From contig CAVZQN010000011.1 of NCBI GenBank assembly GCA_963777505.1, positions 1 through 64,000 on the forward strand: DNA of 64,000 bases. Reading direction: 5' to 3'. Each line of letters begins with the position of its first letter. Within the stretch, counting starts at the first letter, position 1. The position numbers and the translations under genes are program-made. This document shows, piece by piece, positions 32,341 through 42,426 of this stretch. The stretch comes from an uncultured bacterium. Lineage in GTDB: Bacteria; Acidobacteriota; HRBIN11; JAKEFK01. A model generated the notes under the pieces. The model saw only the letters and a list, made by a program, of their open reading frames with translations. It searched no databases and was not told the origin of the DNA.

Positions 32341-33163
32341 TCAGAAGATGAACGTTGAAGAAACTGCTGCCGAAAAAGAAAGGCAACTGTTTGATTGGTT
32401 TCGCAATTATCAAAGTTCAATTGTTGCGTACAGTGGTGGAGTGGATTCAACGTATGTTTTATTTGCTGCGCACAAGGTGCATGGCTCCCGGGTTTTAGGT
32501 GTAAGCTCTTTTTCCGAAACAGTGCCACAAATTCAGAAAGACTATGCCCTGGAAAACATACGCATTATTGGTGCTCTTTATGAAATCGTTTGGACGCAAG
32601 AAATGCAGAAGGAGCAGTTTGTTCAAAACGAAACAGATCGTTGTTTCCATTGTAAAGATGAACTCTACGGAGTTTTAGGCAAAATGGCTGAAGAACGCAG
32701 CTTCGATGTTGTTGTCGATGGTACAAATGCCGATGATCTTGGCGATTTCCGGCCTGGCCGGAAGGCGGCGGATCTTCACAGAGTTAAGAGTCCGCTCGTG
32801 GAAGTTGGAATGACCAAAGAAGAAATCAGAATTAGATCACGACTCGCTGGCTTAACAACATGGAACATTCCTGCATCAGCATGTTTATCTTCACGAATTC
32901 CACACAACTCATTGATCACGCTTGAAAAGTTAAAATCTGTTGAAGAGGGTGAAGCCTTTTTGCGTTCGCTTGGCTTCAATCAAATCCGTGTGCGTCATCA
33001 CGACAAAATTGTTAGGATTGAACTCGCTCCGGAAGAGATGTCCCTAATCTGGCAGGATGATTTATTTAAGCGAATTACGATATTTTTCAAATCTCTTGGA
33101 TTTCAATTCGTAACTCTAGACCTGGAAGGGTATCGCACGGGCAGCCTGAATCCTGTGAAGTGA
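32327..33163 (+). CDS. larE: ATP-dependent sulfur transferase LarE (PP-loop)
   Basis: AYSGGVDS, RCFHCK, DGTNADDLGDFRPG, SACLSSRIP, DLEGYRTGSLN. Confidence 0.92.
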   Translation: MNTFDQKMNVEETAAEKERQLFDWFRNYQSSIVAYSGGVDSTYVLFAAHKVHGSRVLGVSSFSETVPQIQKDYALENIRIIGALYEIVWTQEMQKEQFVQNETDRCFHCKDELYGVLGKMAEERSFDVVVDGTNADDLGDFRPGRKAADLHRVKSPLVEVGMTKEEIRIRSRLAGLTTWNIPASACLSSRIPHNSLITLEKLKSVEEGEAFLRSLGFNQIRVRHHDKIVRIELAPEEMSLIWQDDLFKRITIFFKSLGFQFVTLDLEGYRTGSLNPVK

Positions 33164-33164
33164 A

Positions 33165-33878
33165 TTATTTTTTCGGCGGCTTCAAAGGCCGTATATCCGC
33201 AAGACTCACAAGTGATCCTGCTGAAGTCTGAAGTACTTCTAGCACAACGCCAGCAACATCCTCACCAGTCAATGCCCATGATTCTTTCTCCGCGCCCCTG
33301 GAACCAAATTCCGTTGCAACTGAGCCCGGACAAAGTGTTGAAACTTTAATGTTATGATGACGAACTTCCAGCATCATACATTCTGCAAAAGCATTCAAGG
33401 CTGCTTTTGATGCACAGTACGCAGAAGCCCCAGCAAATGGATTCTTGCTCGCCAGGGAGGAAATATTGATGATATGGCCTTCCTTTTTCTCAATCATGCC
33501 CGGCAAAAATGCCTTGCTGCAAAAAAAAGTTCCATACAGATTCGTTTCAAGGACTGACCGAAAATCTTCATCGCTCATACTTCTTACTTCAGCAAACTTC
33601 CCAATTCCAGCATTGTTAACAAGTATGGCTGGTGTTCCAAGAGTGGCTTCGACAGTCTGTACGAGCTCTTCGACTTGTTTTGAGTTCCGGACATCGATCG
33701 CTGCAAAAATTACTTTTGTTCCAAGACGCGAAATTTCTTTCTCTGCTGATTCCAAGTCCTTCTCTGACCTTGCAACCAAAGCGATATCACATCCCTTCGC
33801 AGCAAGAGCTAAACCGATCGCTTTTCCAATTCCTTTGCTACCGCCCGTAATAACTGCAATTTTTCCTTTTAGATCCAT
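33165..33878 (-). CDS. Short-chain dehydrogenase/reductase
   Basis: TGGSKGIG, NNAG, YCASK; start set at ATG 33878. Confidence 0.93.
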   Translation of the reverse strand: MDLKGKIAVITGGSKGIGKAIGLALAAKGCDIALVARSEKDLESAEKEISRLGTKVIFAAIDVRNSKQVEELVQTVEATLGTPAILVNNAGIGKFAEVRSMSDEDFRSVLETNLYGTFFCSKAFLPGMIEKKEGHIINISSLASKNPFAGASAYCASKAALNAFAECMMLEVRHHNIKVSTLCPGSVATEFGSRGAEKESWALTGEDVAGVVLEVLQTSAGSLVSLADIRPLKPPKK

Positions 33879-33879
33879 A

Positions 33880-33897
33880 AACCACAGAGACACAGAG
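33880..33897 (+). repeat. Best-conserved copy of the strand-biased intergenic motif (AACCACAGAGACACAGAG)
   Basis: Related copies at 2676, 5647, 9019, 9857, 14188, 28409, 38881, 47872, 48097, 50812, 50839, 55942 and 62907. Confidence 0.75.
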
Positions 33898-33937
33898 CAC
33901 TTTTATTATTATAATAATACCGCGTTAAGACCTTGTC

Positions 33938-34438
33938 ATGATTCGTAAAATATTTCTTCTAATCTTCTTTGTAGGAATTGTTTTTTTATTCACCTATCAG
34001 GGGTGCAAAGCTCCTGAAGCTGCCACAGGACTTCCGTCTGCAGAATTGCTGGATCTGAATGGAACCCGTGTGAAACTGAGCGATTTTTCTGGAAAACCGC
34101 TGTTAATCAATTTGTGGGCAACCTGGTGCGGTCCATGCCGTTATGAAATTCCAATGTTGAATGATTTTCACAAAAAATATTCCGATGCAGGGCTTGTGAT
34201 TCTTGGCGTCTCTACGGATGAAGATGGTGCGCCACTGGTGAAGGATTTCCTCAAAGAGATTCCGATACATTACCCGAATTTTCTGAAGACTCCTGGGCTG
34301 GAGGAGAAATTTGGTGGTGTCTGGGCATTGCCTACCAGTTATTTTTTCGACCGGAGTGGCAAGCAGACCGATAAAATTATCGGAGTTCAAACTCACGAAT
34401 ACTTCGAGAAGCAGATTCAACGGATATTGAAGGATTAA
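33938..34438 (+). CDS. TlpA/ResA-like thiol-disulfide oxidoreductase (possible lipoprotein)
   Basis: NLWATWCGPCRYEIP, LPTSYFFD; N-terminal hydrophobic stretch ending QGC. Confidence 0.93.
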   Translation: MIRKIFLLIFFVGIVFLFTYQGCKAPEAATGLPSAELLDLNGTRVKLSDFSGKPLLINLWATWCGPCRYEIPMLNDFHKKYSDAGLVILGVSTDEDGAPLVKDFLKEIPIHYPNFLKTPGLEEKFGGVWALPTSYFFDRSGKQTDKIIGVQTHEYFEKQIQRILKD

Positions 34439-34462
34439 ACGTAAAAGCGGAACTGCTTGCTG

Positions 34463-34837
34463 CTATTGGATCATCATTAGCACTTTTTTGACACGCCGGA
34501 TTAGGTCGTCTGGTTCAAAAGGCTTTGTAATGTAATCGCTGAAAGCTGGAAGATCCGACCCCTGATAATCCTGGGGTACAGCGCGGGCAGTTAACATTGC
34601 AACTGGCAGATTCTTTGTAATTTCGGATGATCGCAATTCGCGTAAAACTTCCCAGCCAGTACGAAATGGCATCATAATATCAAGCAGAATTAAATCAAAT
34701 CGTTTCTTTCGAATACATTCAAGACACTCAACCCCGTCGCGCGCGATATCACATTCAAAACCTTCATCCTCAAGAATTAATCGAACCAAATTAAGGATGT
34801 CATCCTCATCATCAACAATCAGGATTTGTTTCTTCAT
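34463..34837 (-). CDS. Single-domain response regulator
   Basis: ILIVDDE, LDIMMP, MLTA, YITKPF; coupled to the upstream kinase. Confidence 0.93.
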   Translation of the reverse strand: MKKQILIVDDEDDILNLVRLILEDEGFECDIARDGVECLECIRKKRFDLILLDIMMPFRTGWEVLRELRSSEITKNLPVAMLTARAVPQDYQGSDLPAFSDYITKPFEPDDLIRRVKKVLMMIQ

Positions 34838-36930
34838 CAGGTAACGTACTTGGGCCGGTGATGGTTTGCAACCTGAGCCGTTTTAACGGAATCGGTGACG
34901 TCTGTTGCTTGAATTCCGGCAATAACAAAACTAAAGGTACTCCCTTCTTCAGGATTGCTATGCACCTGGACTCTTGTGCCATGCGCTTCCATAACCGTTT
35001 TGACAATTGCAAGGCCCAAACCAGTTCCACCATATCGGCGAGTGTGGGAAGAATCGACTTGATAAAATTTGTCAAAAATCTTTATTTGCTTTTCTTGTGG
35101 AATGCCCACACCATTATCACGGATTGAAATCTCAAGTGGTACAAGTGATTCAAGGACACAATGAGAGCGGTAAGTTTCAGGATCATAAAACTGGGAACTC
35201 TGTTCCAGGGTTCGTGCCTCGACCCAAATAATTCCACTTTCCTGGGTAAACTTTAAGGCATTGCTGATCAAGCTGCTTAATGCCTGCGTTATTAATTGTG
35301 TGTCCGCAAAAATTAATGGCAGATTTGGTGGAATCATGACATGAAGTGAGAGCTTTTTTTGAGCAATAGTTTCTGCGTACTCTTTGTAAACTTGATTCCA
35401 AACTAAATCGAAAGAAAATGCTGCGAGAGAAAGAGGTGGGCGTTTAAACTCAAGCCGCGTGTAATCAATCAAATCATTAATCAGTCGCTGAAGTCTCAAG
35501 ATATTTCGTTGAGCGATGACAAGACCCTCATTTTGTGCAGGTGTTACTGGCCCCATCTTTTCGCGAATCATGTAATCGACATACCCTTTAATTGTTGTTA
35601 AAGGTGTGCGCAATTCATGGGAAACATTTGCAAGGAATTCTGATTTCATTCTGTCGAGTTGACGTAATTCCTTATTCAGCCTTTCAAGTTCACCAACTTT
35701 GTCTGTCAAATCGTTGTATAACCGCGAATTTTCAAACGCAAGAGCTGTTTCGCCCGCAATCATCATCAAGACTGGTATATGTGCCTCATGGAAGGTTCCT
35801 GTTTCACTTGAGGTCAGACCCAGGATTCCATGTGTGCGATTTACCGTTCGTATTGGCACCACAAGGCATGACCTGATGCCTGTTCCATCTTGTTTATGCT
35901 TAAATATTTCTCTGCCTTGGCGGGTGCTATCTTGAATTAATAGTACCTGGCCGTCGCGCCAAACATGTTGGGCCAGGGCTGCTAATGCCGAATTTTCAAG
36001 CGTTAAAAATCGAAAGGAAACTCCATCATTTTCAGCAACTGCAACAAACATCGCATCTGAATCAATGAGGGCAGGAACTTCTGAATGTAACAATTGTAAA
36101 ACTGCTTGTTCACTTCGCAATGAACTGATTCTGCTGCTGATCCGGTTCAAGCCCGTTAGCTGACGTAACTTTTCTTCTTGATCCCGCCGGATCAAACTAA
36201 TATTGCGCAGGATCAAATTGGACAACAATAATGTTGCAGCCAAAAATCCAAACGCCCAAATACCCATCCGTGTATAAGTAAGAGCCATCAAGATTCCGTA
36301 GGGAATCATCGCTATTTCTGTTAGAAATGCGGGGAAAAACGCTTGACGAATAAACACCGATGCATTTTGAGCCTGCAAAAAGTTACTCAAATACAACGCG
36401 ATGACATTAATAACGCTCAAACATGCATACATGGCGAGAATTGAAAGAACGACATGTCCATTCAGTTCCACAAGAGGAATCGGAGCGTTCATTACAAGGA
36501 AATAAACCGTCGCAGCAATCAGCCACATCGTGGCGGTCATTCCGGCATTGAAAACTATGCTGCCAAGGTCATATTCCATCGGCGTCTTCTTGTGTAAAAC
36601 GAGACGGCGTTGAAATACACGTTTGAGTGATCCAAGGATTACAGCAGCAACAGCAATCCATACTGCTGGCAATGCGCCTAACAAAAGAAGGGCAGCAGTG
36701 GTGAAAGCGGATTCAAATGTGACTACAATTTGAAGTCGCGTAAATTGAAAATGAAGGAAAGATGCTGCAAAATGCAGCGCCAGAAAAATCATTAAGGGCG
36801 CGAGCGACGTTTCAGTTTCGTGAAAAGGCGGATCCAATGTGCAGGCGAATAGCAGCAAGATGCCTGCAATCCCAGCCGTCCAGTGAAAAAGTATAACTGG
36901 GCGTCCAAAACGGGTTCTTACCCAAGTCAT
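34837..36930 (-). CDS. Membrane sensor histidine kinase with GAF domain
   Basis: About 7 TM segments, GAF (ALAFENSRLY), NVSHELRTPL, SNALKFT, DNGVG, GGTGLGL. Confidence 0.93.
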   Translation of the reverse strand: MTWVRTRFGRPVILFHWTAGIAGILLLFACTLDPPFHETETSLAPLMIFLALHFAASFLHFQFTRLQIVVTFESAFTTAALLLLGALPAVWIAVAAVILGSLKRVFQRRLVLHKKTPMEYDLGSIVFNAGMTATMWLIAATVYFLVMNAPIPLVELNGHVVLSILAMYACLSVINVIALYLSNFLQAQNASVFIRQAFFPAFLTEIAMIPYGILMALTYTRMGIWAFGFLAATLLLSNLILRNISLIRRDQEEKLRQLTGLNRISSRISSLRSEQAVLQLLHSEVPALIDSDAMFVAVAENDGVSFRFLTLENSALAALAQHVWRDGQVLLIQDSTRQGREIFKHKQDGTGIRSCLVVPIRTVNRTHGILGLTSSETGTFHEAHIPVLMMIAGETALAFENSRLYNDLTDKVGELERLNKELRQLDRMKSEFLANVSHELRTPLTTIKGYVDYMIREKMGPVTPAQNEGLVIAQRNILRLQRLINDLIDYTRLEFKRPPLSLAAFSFDLVWNQVYKEYAETIAQKKLSLHVMIPPNLPLIFADTQLITQALSSLISNALKFTQESGIIWVEARTLEQSSQFYDPETYRSHCVLESLVPLEISIRDNGVGIPQEKQIKIFDKFYQVDSSHTRRYGGTGLGLAIVKTVMEAHGTRVQVHSNPEEGSTFSFVIAGIQATDVTDSVKTAQVANHHRPKYVT

Positions 36931-37163
36931 TGAATTGGAGTATAAACGATTTGTCGACCAATTGTAACCCTGACGGAATCGTAATTGTGCTCGTAACCGT
37001 GCTAACTCTTGGCGTCATGGCGGTTGAGCTATTACGGGAAAGATCGCGATTGTGAAAACGGAGTTTCGCTGCTGGGCGCAAAAATGATACGATACCGGGA
37101 AGAACATTTGGTTTTGGAACCAAAGAGGGAAGTGTTTAAAGGTAAGAGGTTCCAATCCAATCG

Positions 37164-37538
37164 ATGGCTAAAATTCTTGTAGTTGACGATGAAGAGGACA
37201 TCCGAAGACTTCTCGTAACGATTTTTACAGATTCCGGATACGAGGTAGTCACGGCATCAAACGGGAAAGAAGCAGTTGATGCTGCAAAGTCGGAACATCC
37301 CGATCTGATTTTCATGGATATTCTGATGCCTGTCATGGATGGGTATCAGGCGTGTTCGGCTATAAAAAAAGATCCTCATACCAAAGATATTTTTATTGCC
37401 TTTCTTACCGCTAAAGGTTTACCTGAAGATTGGGATCAAGGGCTCCAATCGGAGGCGGATATGTACATTGCAAAACCATTTCAGCCGGACCGATTGTTAT
37501 TTGTTGCGAAGGAGCTTCTGGCCCTAAAGGAACCTTAA
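37164..37538 (+). CDS. Single-domain response regulator
   Basis: ILVVDDE, MDILMP.MDG, FLTA, YIAKPF. Confidence 0.93.
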   Translation: MAKILVVDDEEDIRRLLVTIFTDSGYEVVTASNGKEAVDAAKSEHPDLIFMDILMPVMDGYQACSAIKKDPHTKDIFIAFLTAKGLPEDWDQGLQSEADMYIAKPFQPDRLLFVAKELLALKEP

Positions 37539-37571
37539 TATCCCTCCCAATGGGGGAGCAGCAATGTTAGA

Positions 37572-38813
37572 TCATTTTTCGAAGGTCGTTCCTTTAGGAA
37601 CGATTACAATTCCTTGATCGCTCATATGAAGGCCGCGCTGCCGGTCTTCTTCCACATCGTAGCCGATACGGCATCCTTGAGGAATTTTTACGCCTTTATC
37701 GATAATTGTGCGGCGGATTTTTGCATACCTTCCGACATCAACGCCATGCATCAGGATTGAATCCTCGACACTACTGTAGCTGTGAATCATTACACGTGGT
37801 GAGAGAATCGATCGATCCACGCGTCCTCCGCTGACGATACACCCTTCTGAAATCATCGAATCTGTCGCAACGCCCGCACGATTGGTTTCATAATCAGCAA
37901 AAATAAATTTCGCAGCAGGGTAATCGTAATGCACTGTGCGAAGAGGCCATCGATAGTTGTAAAGATTGAAGATCGGATCTACAGCAATCAAATCCATGTT
38001 GGCTTGAAAATAAGAGTCGATTGTACCCACATCACGCCAATAGCCTCGTTCTTTTTCTTCTGCTCCCGGAATTTCATTTGTTAAGAAATTGTATGCATAG
38101 ACTTTGAATCTTTCATGCAGCTTTGTCAGAATTGTTTTTCCAAAATCGTGTGCGGAATCCTGAAGTGCTGCATCTTCTTCAAGAACTGAAGTAAGAATCT
38201 TCCGGTTAAAAATGTAATTGCCCATTGAAGCAAGGATTTTATCAGGCTGATCAGGGATCGTTTTTCCCTCTGCAGGTTTTTCTTCGAAACCTGTAACGTG
38301 CCACTTATCATCGACTTCAATTACACCAAAACTTCGCGATTCGGATGCTGGATTCGGGACTGCAGCAATCGTTACATCGGCACCCGTTTGCCTGTGGAAA
38401 TCAAGCATTTGACCGACATCCATCTGGTAGATGTGATCGCCGCCGAAAACACATACAAAATCAGGCTCTTCATCAAAGATAAGATTCAGATTTTGATAGA
38501 CAGCGTCAGCCGTCCCTCGATACCAGTGTTGTCCCATTCTCATTTGGGCAGGGACTGCGTCAACAAATTGATCGAGTGTAGGTGATAATCTCCAAGCTTT
38601 AGAAAGATGCACATTCAATGAGTCGGATTTGAATTGTGTCAAGACTTTGATTTTGAAAAATCCTGAATTGACAAAATTATTCAATGCAAAATCGACAATT
38701 CGAAAACGTCCACCAAATGGAACTGCAGGTTTGGCACGGTCGCGAGTTAAGGGATAAAGCCGGGTGCCTTCACCACCAGCAAGTATCATCGCAAGGACGT
38801 TTTGAGTCTGCAT
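37572..38813 (-). CDS. glgC: Glucose-1-phosphate adenylyltransferase
   Basis: ILAGGEGTRLYPLT..RAKPAVPFGG, WYRGTADAV, GDHIY, FEEKP, SMGNY, YWRDVG; start at ATG 38813. Confidence 0.97.
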   Translation of the reverse strand: MQTQNVLAMILAGGEGTRLYPLTRDRAKPAVPFGGRFRIVDFALNNFVNSGFFKIKVLTQFKSDSLNVHLSKAWRLSPTLDQFVDAVPAQMRMGQHWYRGTADAVYQNLNLIFDEEPDFVCVFGGDHIYQMDVGQMLDFHRQTGADVTIAAVPNPASESRSFGVIEVDDKWHVTGFEEKPAEGKTIPDQPDKILASMGNYIFNRKILTSVLEEDAALQDSAHDFGKTILTKLHERFKVYAYNFLTNEIPGAEEKERGYWRDVGTIDSYFQANMDLIAVDPIFNLYNYRWPLRTVHYDYPAAKFIFADYETNRAGVATDSMISEGCIVSGGRVDRSILSPRVMIHSYSSVEDSILMHGVDVGRYAKIRRTIIDKGVKIPQGCRIGYDVEEDRQRGLHMSDQGIVIVPKGTTFEK

Positions 38814-38899
38814 GAAGCCATTGTACACCAGGGTCTGATTCGCGACTCTCGTTACGCATGATATAATCCGGCGTTTTCGGAACCGCAGAGACACACACA

Positions 38900-40268
38900 A
38901 TGACAAAGAAGCTGACCGCGATAGTGCTTTCACTCTTAATCTATTCAGCAAATGTCTGGTCGCGGCAGGAACCAATGACTGAAGTTGCCTCCTCAATACT
39001 GGCCGAAGGGATGAATCATCCAAAAGCATACGAAATGCTTTCAGAACTAACCTCAATTGGTTCTCGATTGAGTGGTTCAGAAAACTATGAAAAGGCTGTG
39101 CAGTGGGGCAAGGCAAAAATGATTTCACTTGGATTTCAAAATGTGCATCTCCAGCCGGTTAAAGTCCCGCATTGGGTTCGGGGAAAAATACAGTTTGCTG
39201 AAGCATCAACAGCTTCAGGCAGCAAACTTCCACTTTCGATTTGTGCGTTGGGCGGAAGCATCGGGACGCCTCCTGGTGGAGTTACCGCAGAAGTGATAGA
39301 AGTGCAGTCAATTGAAGAAGTGCGCATGCCTGGATTGGTGAAGGGGAAGATTGTTTTTTTCAATCGTCCCTTGAACCCTGCACTGCTCAATACTTTTGAA
39401 GCATATGGTGCCGCTGGTGATCAGAGAAATAAGGGCCCGGCTGAAGCTGCTAAAGCAGGTGCCGTGGCTGCGATAGTTCGATCTCTAACCCTGGCTCTCG
39501 ATGATTTTCCCCACACAGGCGCAACAGACTTCAGATCTGATAGCCCTAAAATTCCGGCTGCCGCCGTTAGTACTGTCGATGCAAACGCGTTGAGCAAGCC
39601 TTTTAAAAGAAGAGCCCAGACTGAAACTTACATTGAAATTGGATTGCGAACATCTTCCGGAAGTGAACTCTTCTAATGTTGTGGGAGAACTTCGCGGAAC
39701 AGAATTTCCGGACGAAATCATTCTTGTTGGCGGCCATCTTGATAGCTGGGATGCTGGAACCGGCGCACATGATGATGGTGCTGGAGTTGTGCATACACTG
39801 GAAGCATTGAGCATTATTAAGCGTCTTGGTTTAACTCCGAAAAGAACGCTTCGAGCTGTTCTTTTTGCAAATGAAGAAAATGGATTGCGTGGTGCGCGCG
39901 TCTACACAGATATCGCGACAAAACAGGGTAAACACATAATTGGAATTGAATCGGATGCCGGAGGATTTACTCCAATGGGATTTTCCGTCAAAGCGGACGA
40001 TCGGACATTTCAAAAGCTTCTGCAATTAAAACAATTGCTTGCACTGGCGGGAGCCGATGAAGTAATAAAAGGCTCTGGCGGTGCTGATCTAATGTATCTT
40101 TCAAGAATGGGAATCCCGACCGTTGCTTTTTATCCGGAGAACCAACGTTATTTTGATTACCATCATTCGGATCAAGACACATTTGACAAAGTCCATCCGC
40201 GAGAACTTGAACTAGGCGCAGTAGCCATTTCGATTCTAAGCTACACAATCTCCGATAGGGGATTGTAA
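38900..40268 (+). CDS. Secreted M28-family peptidase (carboxypeptidase Q-like, PA domain), one frameshift near 39600
   Basis: Signal peptide, GSRLSGS, VPHWVRG, then GGHLDSWD, GAHDDGAG, NEENG, YFDYHH. Removing one C in AAGCCTTTT restores SKLLKEEPRL. Confidence 0.9.
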
Positions 40269-40274
40269 GGGGAG

Positions 40275-40326
40275 GGGACCGCGGACGTCCCGTCTGCATG
40301 AACGGGATCGTAGGCGTCCCGCCGCC
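40275..40326. repeat. REP-like palindrome pair, GGGACCGCGGAC family
   Basis: GGGACCGCGGACGTCCCGTCTGCA plus a degenerate second copy between convergent genes. Confidence 0.7.
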
Positions 40327-40330
40327 ATAT

Positions 40331-41773
40331 CTATTTCTTCACAAACGTTTCTGCATTTCCTCTTGCAGGGAATTCAAAAACCTTACCATCCACAGTCAGC
40401 CTTACTTTGTATTCCATTTTGTATTGAATAAAGTGGAGGTCATCACTCTGCCCCATAGGGGAATTTGTGAATGACTTTGATTCTCCATCCAGCTCAATTG
40501 AACTAAATGGCTTTTTTTGGCTGAATCGAAGATGTTGAGGAACTACGATTCCATTGGATTGAGTTGCTGGTTTTGAAAAATGGATCGTGCCTGGTTGAAA
40601 CACAGCAACAAAACCTTCGTCATCAAAGACACCTGCAAATAAACCGCGTGTACGATTCTTCAAAAAAATTTCGCCAAAAAACAAAGAATGTGTTTCGGAA
40701 AATGCATGTCCCCAATTCCAGCGAACAGGATCGCCAGAAGTTTCTGGCTGCTGCCAGATTCCCCAGTTATGATCGTGGTATCCACTTGCCTGATTGAAGT
40801 CGTAGTTTCGATCGCCAATTGTGATTGAACCTTGATAACTTCCTTTGATCGATGGAATTACATAACCTGATTCGAATCCTTCACTCTCTGCTAGCATCAC
40901 TGGAGGGAAGTAAAGATTGGGGACTGGAACATATTTCAGTTTTCCGCGAACGTTTCCAAGTTTGTCCGCGAAATCCAAATCGATTTCATAAGTGCCATTC
41001 ACAATTCGAACAGAATTCGGTCCCACGACATAGTCGACCCTTTTCAAGGGAAGATGATTTTTAGTTGCAGGGTAGGTTGAAGCGTAACGATTGTAAGTGC
41101 CGTCAAACATTTGCAAAGAAACAATCCATGTACCGCGATCGTTCGCAACATCACCCGCAGCCATGATGCTGAGATAGCCGTAAAAGTTTTTGGATTCGAA
41201 GTTAAAGTAATGCCATTCAGCCCATTGATCCATCGGAAGCGTTTTGGAAGAGGGTAGATGGAAGCGGTCGATTTCGTGCAGGAATTCATCGGTTGGTTGT
41301 TGAATCCAGCTTTGATCGGCTGAGTTATTTTTCCATGGCAACGGCCATCGCTTTACCTTTTGTTCGTATTCAGGAATGGAGCCTTCAGCTAAAAGCGATT
41401 CAACTTGAGAGCCTGCAGGTTTGCGCGCATACAATACTTCTGAATACAGGTATGGCGAAATTATTCCAATCTCATCTTTGAACCGACTACTGGCAAGCAT
41501 TTGCCGCACAATAAAACGTGCTTGTGGAATTGAATAGTACATAGCGGAAATTCCGCCAATTTTCATGCTTTCTATATCGATGCCTTGAGGTACAAGAATC
41601 AGATCGCCGCCCCCAACAAGATTTTTGTCACGCGCTTGTTGCAACACAGCCTCACCGACTGCAAGCAATGTGATCATGACTCCGGTTGCTAATCCGTAGC
41701 CAAGCAAGAACAGAATTGTGCGTTTGGGACGATTCGCAAACGTGCGCAACAACAACAGCCAGGCTATTCCCAT
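40331..41773 (-). CDS. Fusion of a MacB/FtsX-type permease N-terminus (TM1 and start of periplasmic domain) with an AttH/CrtC lipocalin-like domain
   Basis: N-terminus RPKRTILFLLGYGLATGVMITLLAVGE parallels the neighbouring permease start; C-terminal WAEWHYFN, GYHDHNWG, WNWG motifs; no C-terminal TMs. Confidence 0.72.
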   Translation of the reverse strand: MGIAWLLLLRTFANRPKRTILFLLGYGLATGVMITLLAVGEAVLQQARDKNLVGGGDLILVPQGIDIESMKIGGISAMYYSIPQARFIVRQMLASSRFKDEIGIISPYLYSEVLYARKPAGSQVESLLAEGSIPEYEQKVKRWPLPWKNNSADQSWIQQPTDEFLHEIDRFHLPSSKTLPMDQWAEWHYFNFESKNFYGYLSIMAAGDVANDRGTWIVSLQMFDGTYNRYASTYPATKNHLPLKRVDYVVGPNSVRIVNGTYEIDLDFADKLGNVRGKLKYVPVPNLYFPPVMLAESEGFESGYVIPSIKGSYQGSITIGDRNYDFNQASGYHDHNWGIWQQPETSGDPVRWNWGHAFSETHSLFFGEIFLKNRTRGLFAGVFDDEGFVAVFQPGTIHFSKPATQSNGIVVPQHLRFSQKKPFSSIELDGESKSFTNSPMGQSDDLHFIQYKMEYKVRLTVDGKVFEFPARGNAETFVKK

Positions 41774-42426
41774 CTACCGTCTCGCATGTGTCGGATCTGG
41801 TGCGCTGATGAAGCAAGTTCCATGTTATGAGTGACAACAACAAGGGTCAGGCCATCTTTGTTGAAGCGTTCAAATAGCCGCGCGATTTCTTCGCCGGTTG
41901 CGGCATCTAGCTCGCCTGTAGGTTCATCAGCTAGCAATAATTCAGGACGATTTGCGAGGGCGCGCGCAATCGCAACACGCTGCATCTCACCGCCGCTCAA
42001 TTGTGCAGGACGATGATTCCTGCGATCCGAAAGGCCAACATAATCGAGCAGCTCAAGCGAGCGATGACTGCGTTCCGATTGCTTGAGTCCTAATTCTCGC
42101 ATCGGTAGTTCAATATTTTCTTGAGCTGACAGCATCGGCAAAAGGTAAAAACGTTGAAAAACAAATCCTATTTTTTGCAACCTGAGTTTTGTCCTTCGCG
42201 AGTCATCCCATGCATTGATGCATTCATTTGCCCAAAACACTTCACCCGATGTTGGAACATCAAGTGCGCCCAATAAATGTAGAAATGTAGATTTACCGCA
42301 GCCGCTTGGTCCGGCAACTGCAATGTAATCTCCGGAGTTCACTTCAAGCGAAATCCCGCGCAAGGCATAAACAGGTTTTTCCATTTCCTGGTAGGTCTTT
42401 TCAACTTCTTTCGCTTCGACAATCAC
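41764..42426 (-). CDS. ABC transporter ATP-binding protein (LolD/MacB-type)
   Basis: GPSGCGKST, IGFVFQ, LSGGEMQRVAIARAL, LLADEPTG, VVTH. Confidence 0.96.
   Translation of the reverse strand: MIVEAKEVEKTYQEMEKPVYALRGISLEVNSGDYIAVAGPSGCGKSTFLHLLGALDVPTSGEVFWANECINAWDDSRRTKLRLQKIGFVFQRFYLLPMLSAQENIELPMRELGLKQSERSHRSLELLDYVGLSDRRNHRPAQLSGGEMQRVAIARALANRPELLLADEPTGELDAATGEEIARLFERFNKDGLTLVVVTHNMELASSAHQIRHMRDGRWE

Noticed and set aside
36951-37055. 34-aa hydrophobic TTG-start ORF
   Set aside because: Its apparent RBS overlaps the -10 box of the divergent kinase and it lies in that promoter region; no other support.
37542-37558. Short CTCCC-AAT-GGGGGAG hairpin, and another imperfect hairpin near 6579-6618
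   Set aside because: Single, short and imperfect. They may be terminators or decayed repeats but cannot be assigned.
38814-39128. 105-aa N-terminal extension of GlgC in the ORF track
   Set aside because: It overlaps the divergent M28 gene. Homology begins at MQTQNVLAMIL, with a -10 box 6 nt upstream.
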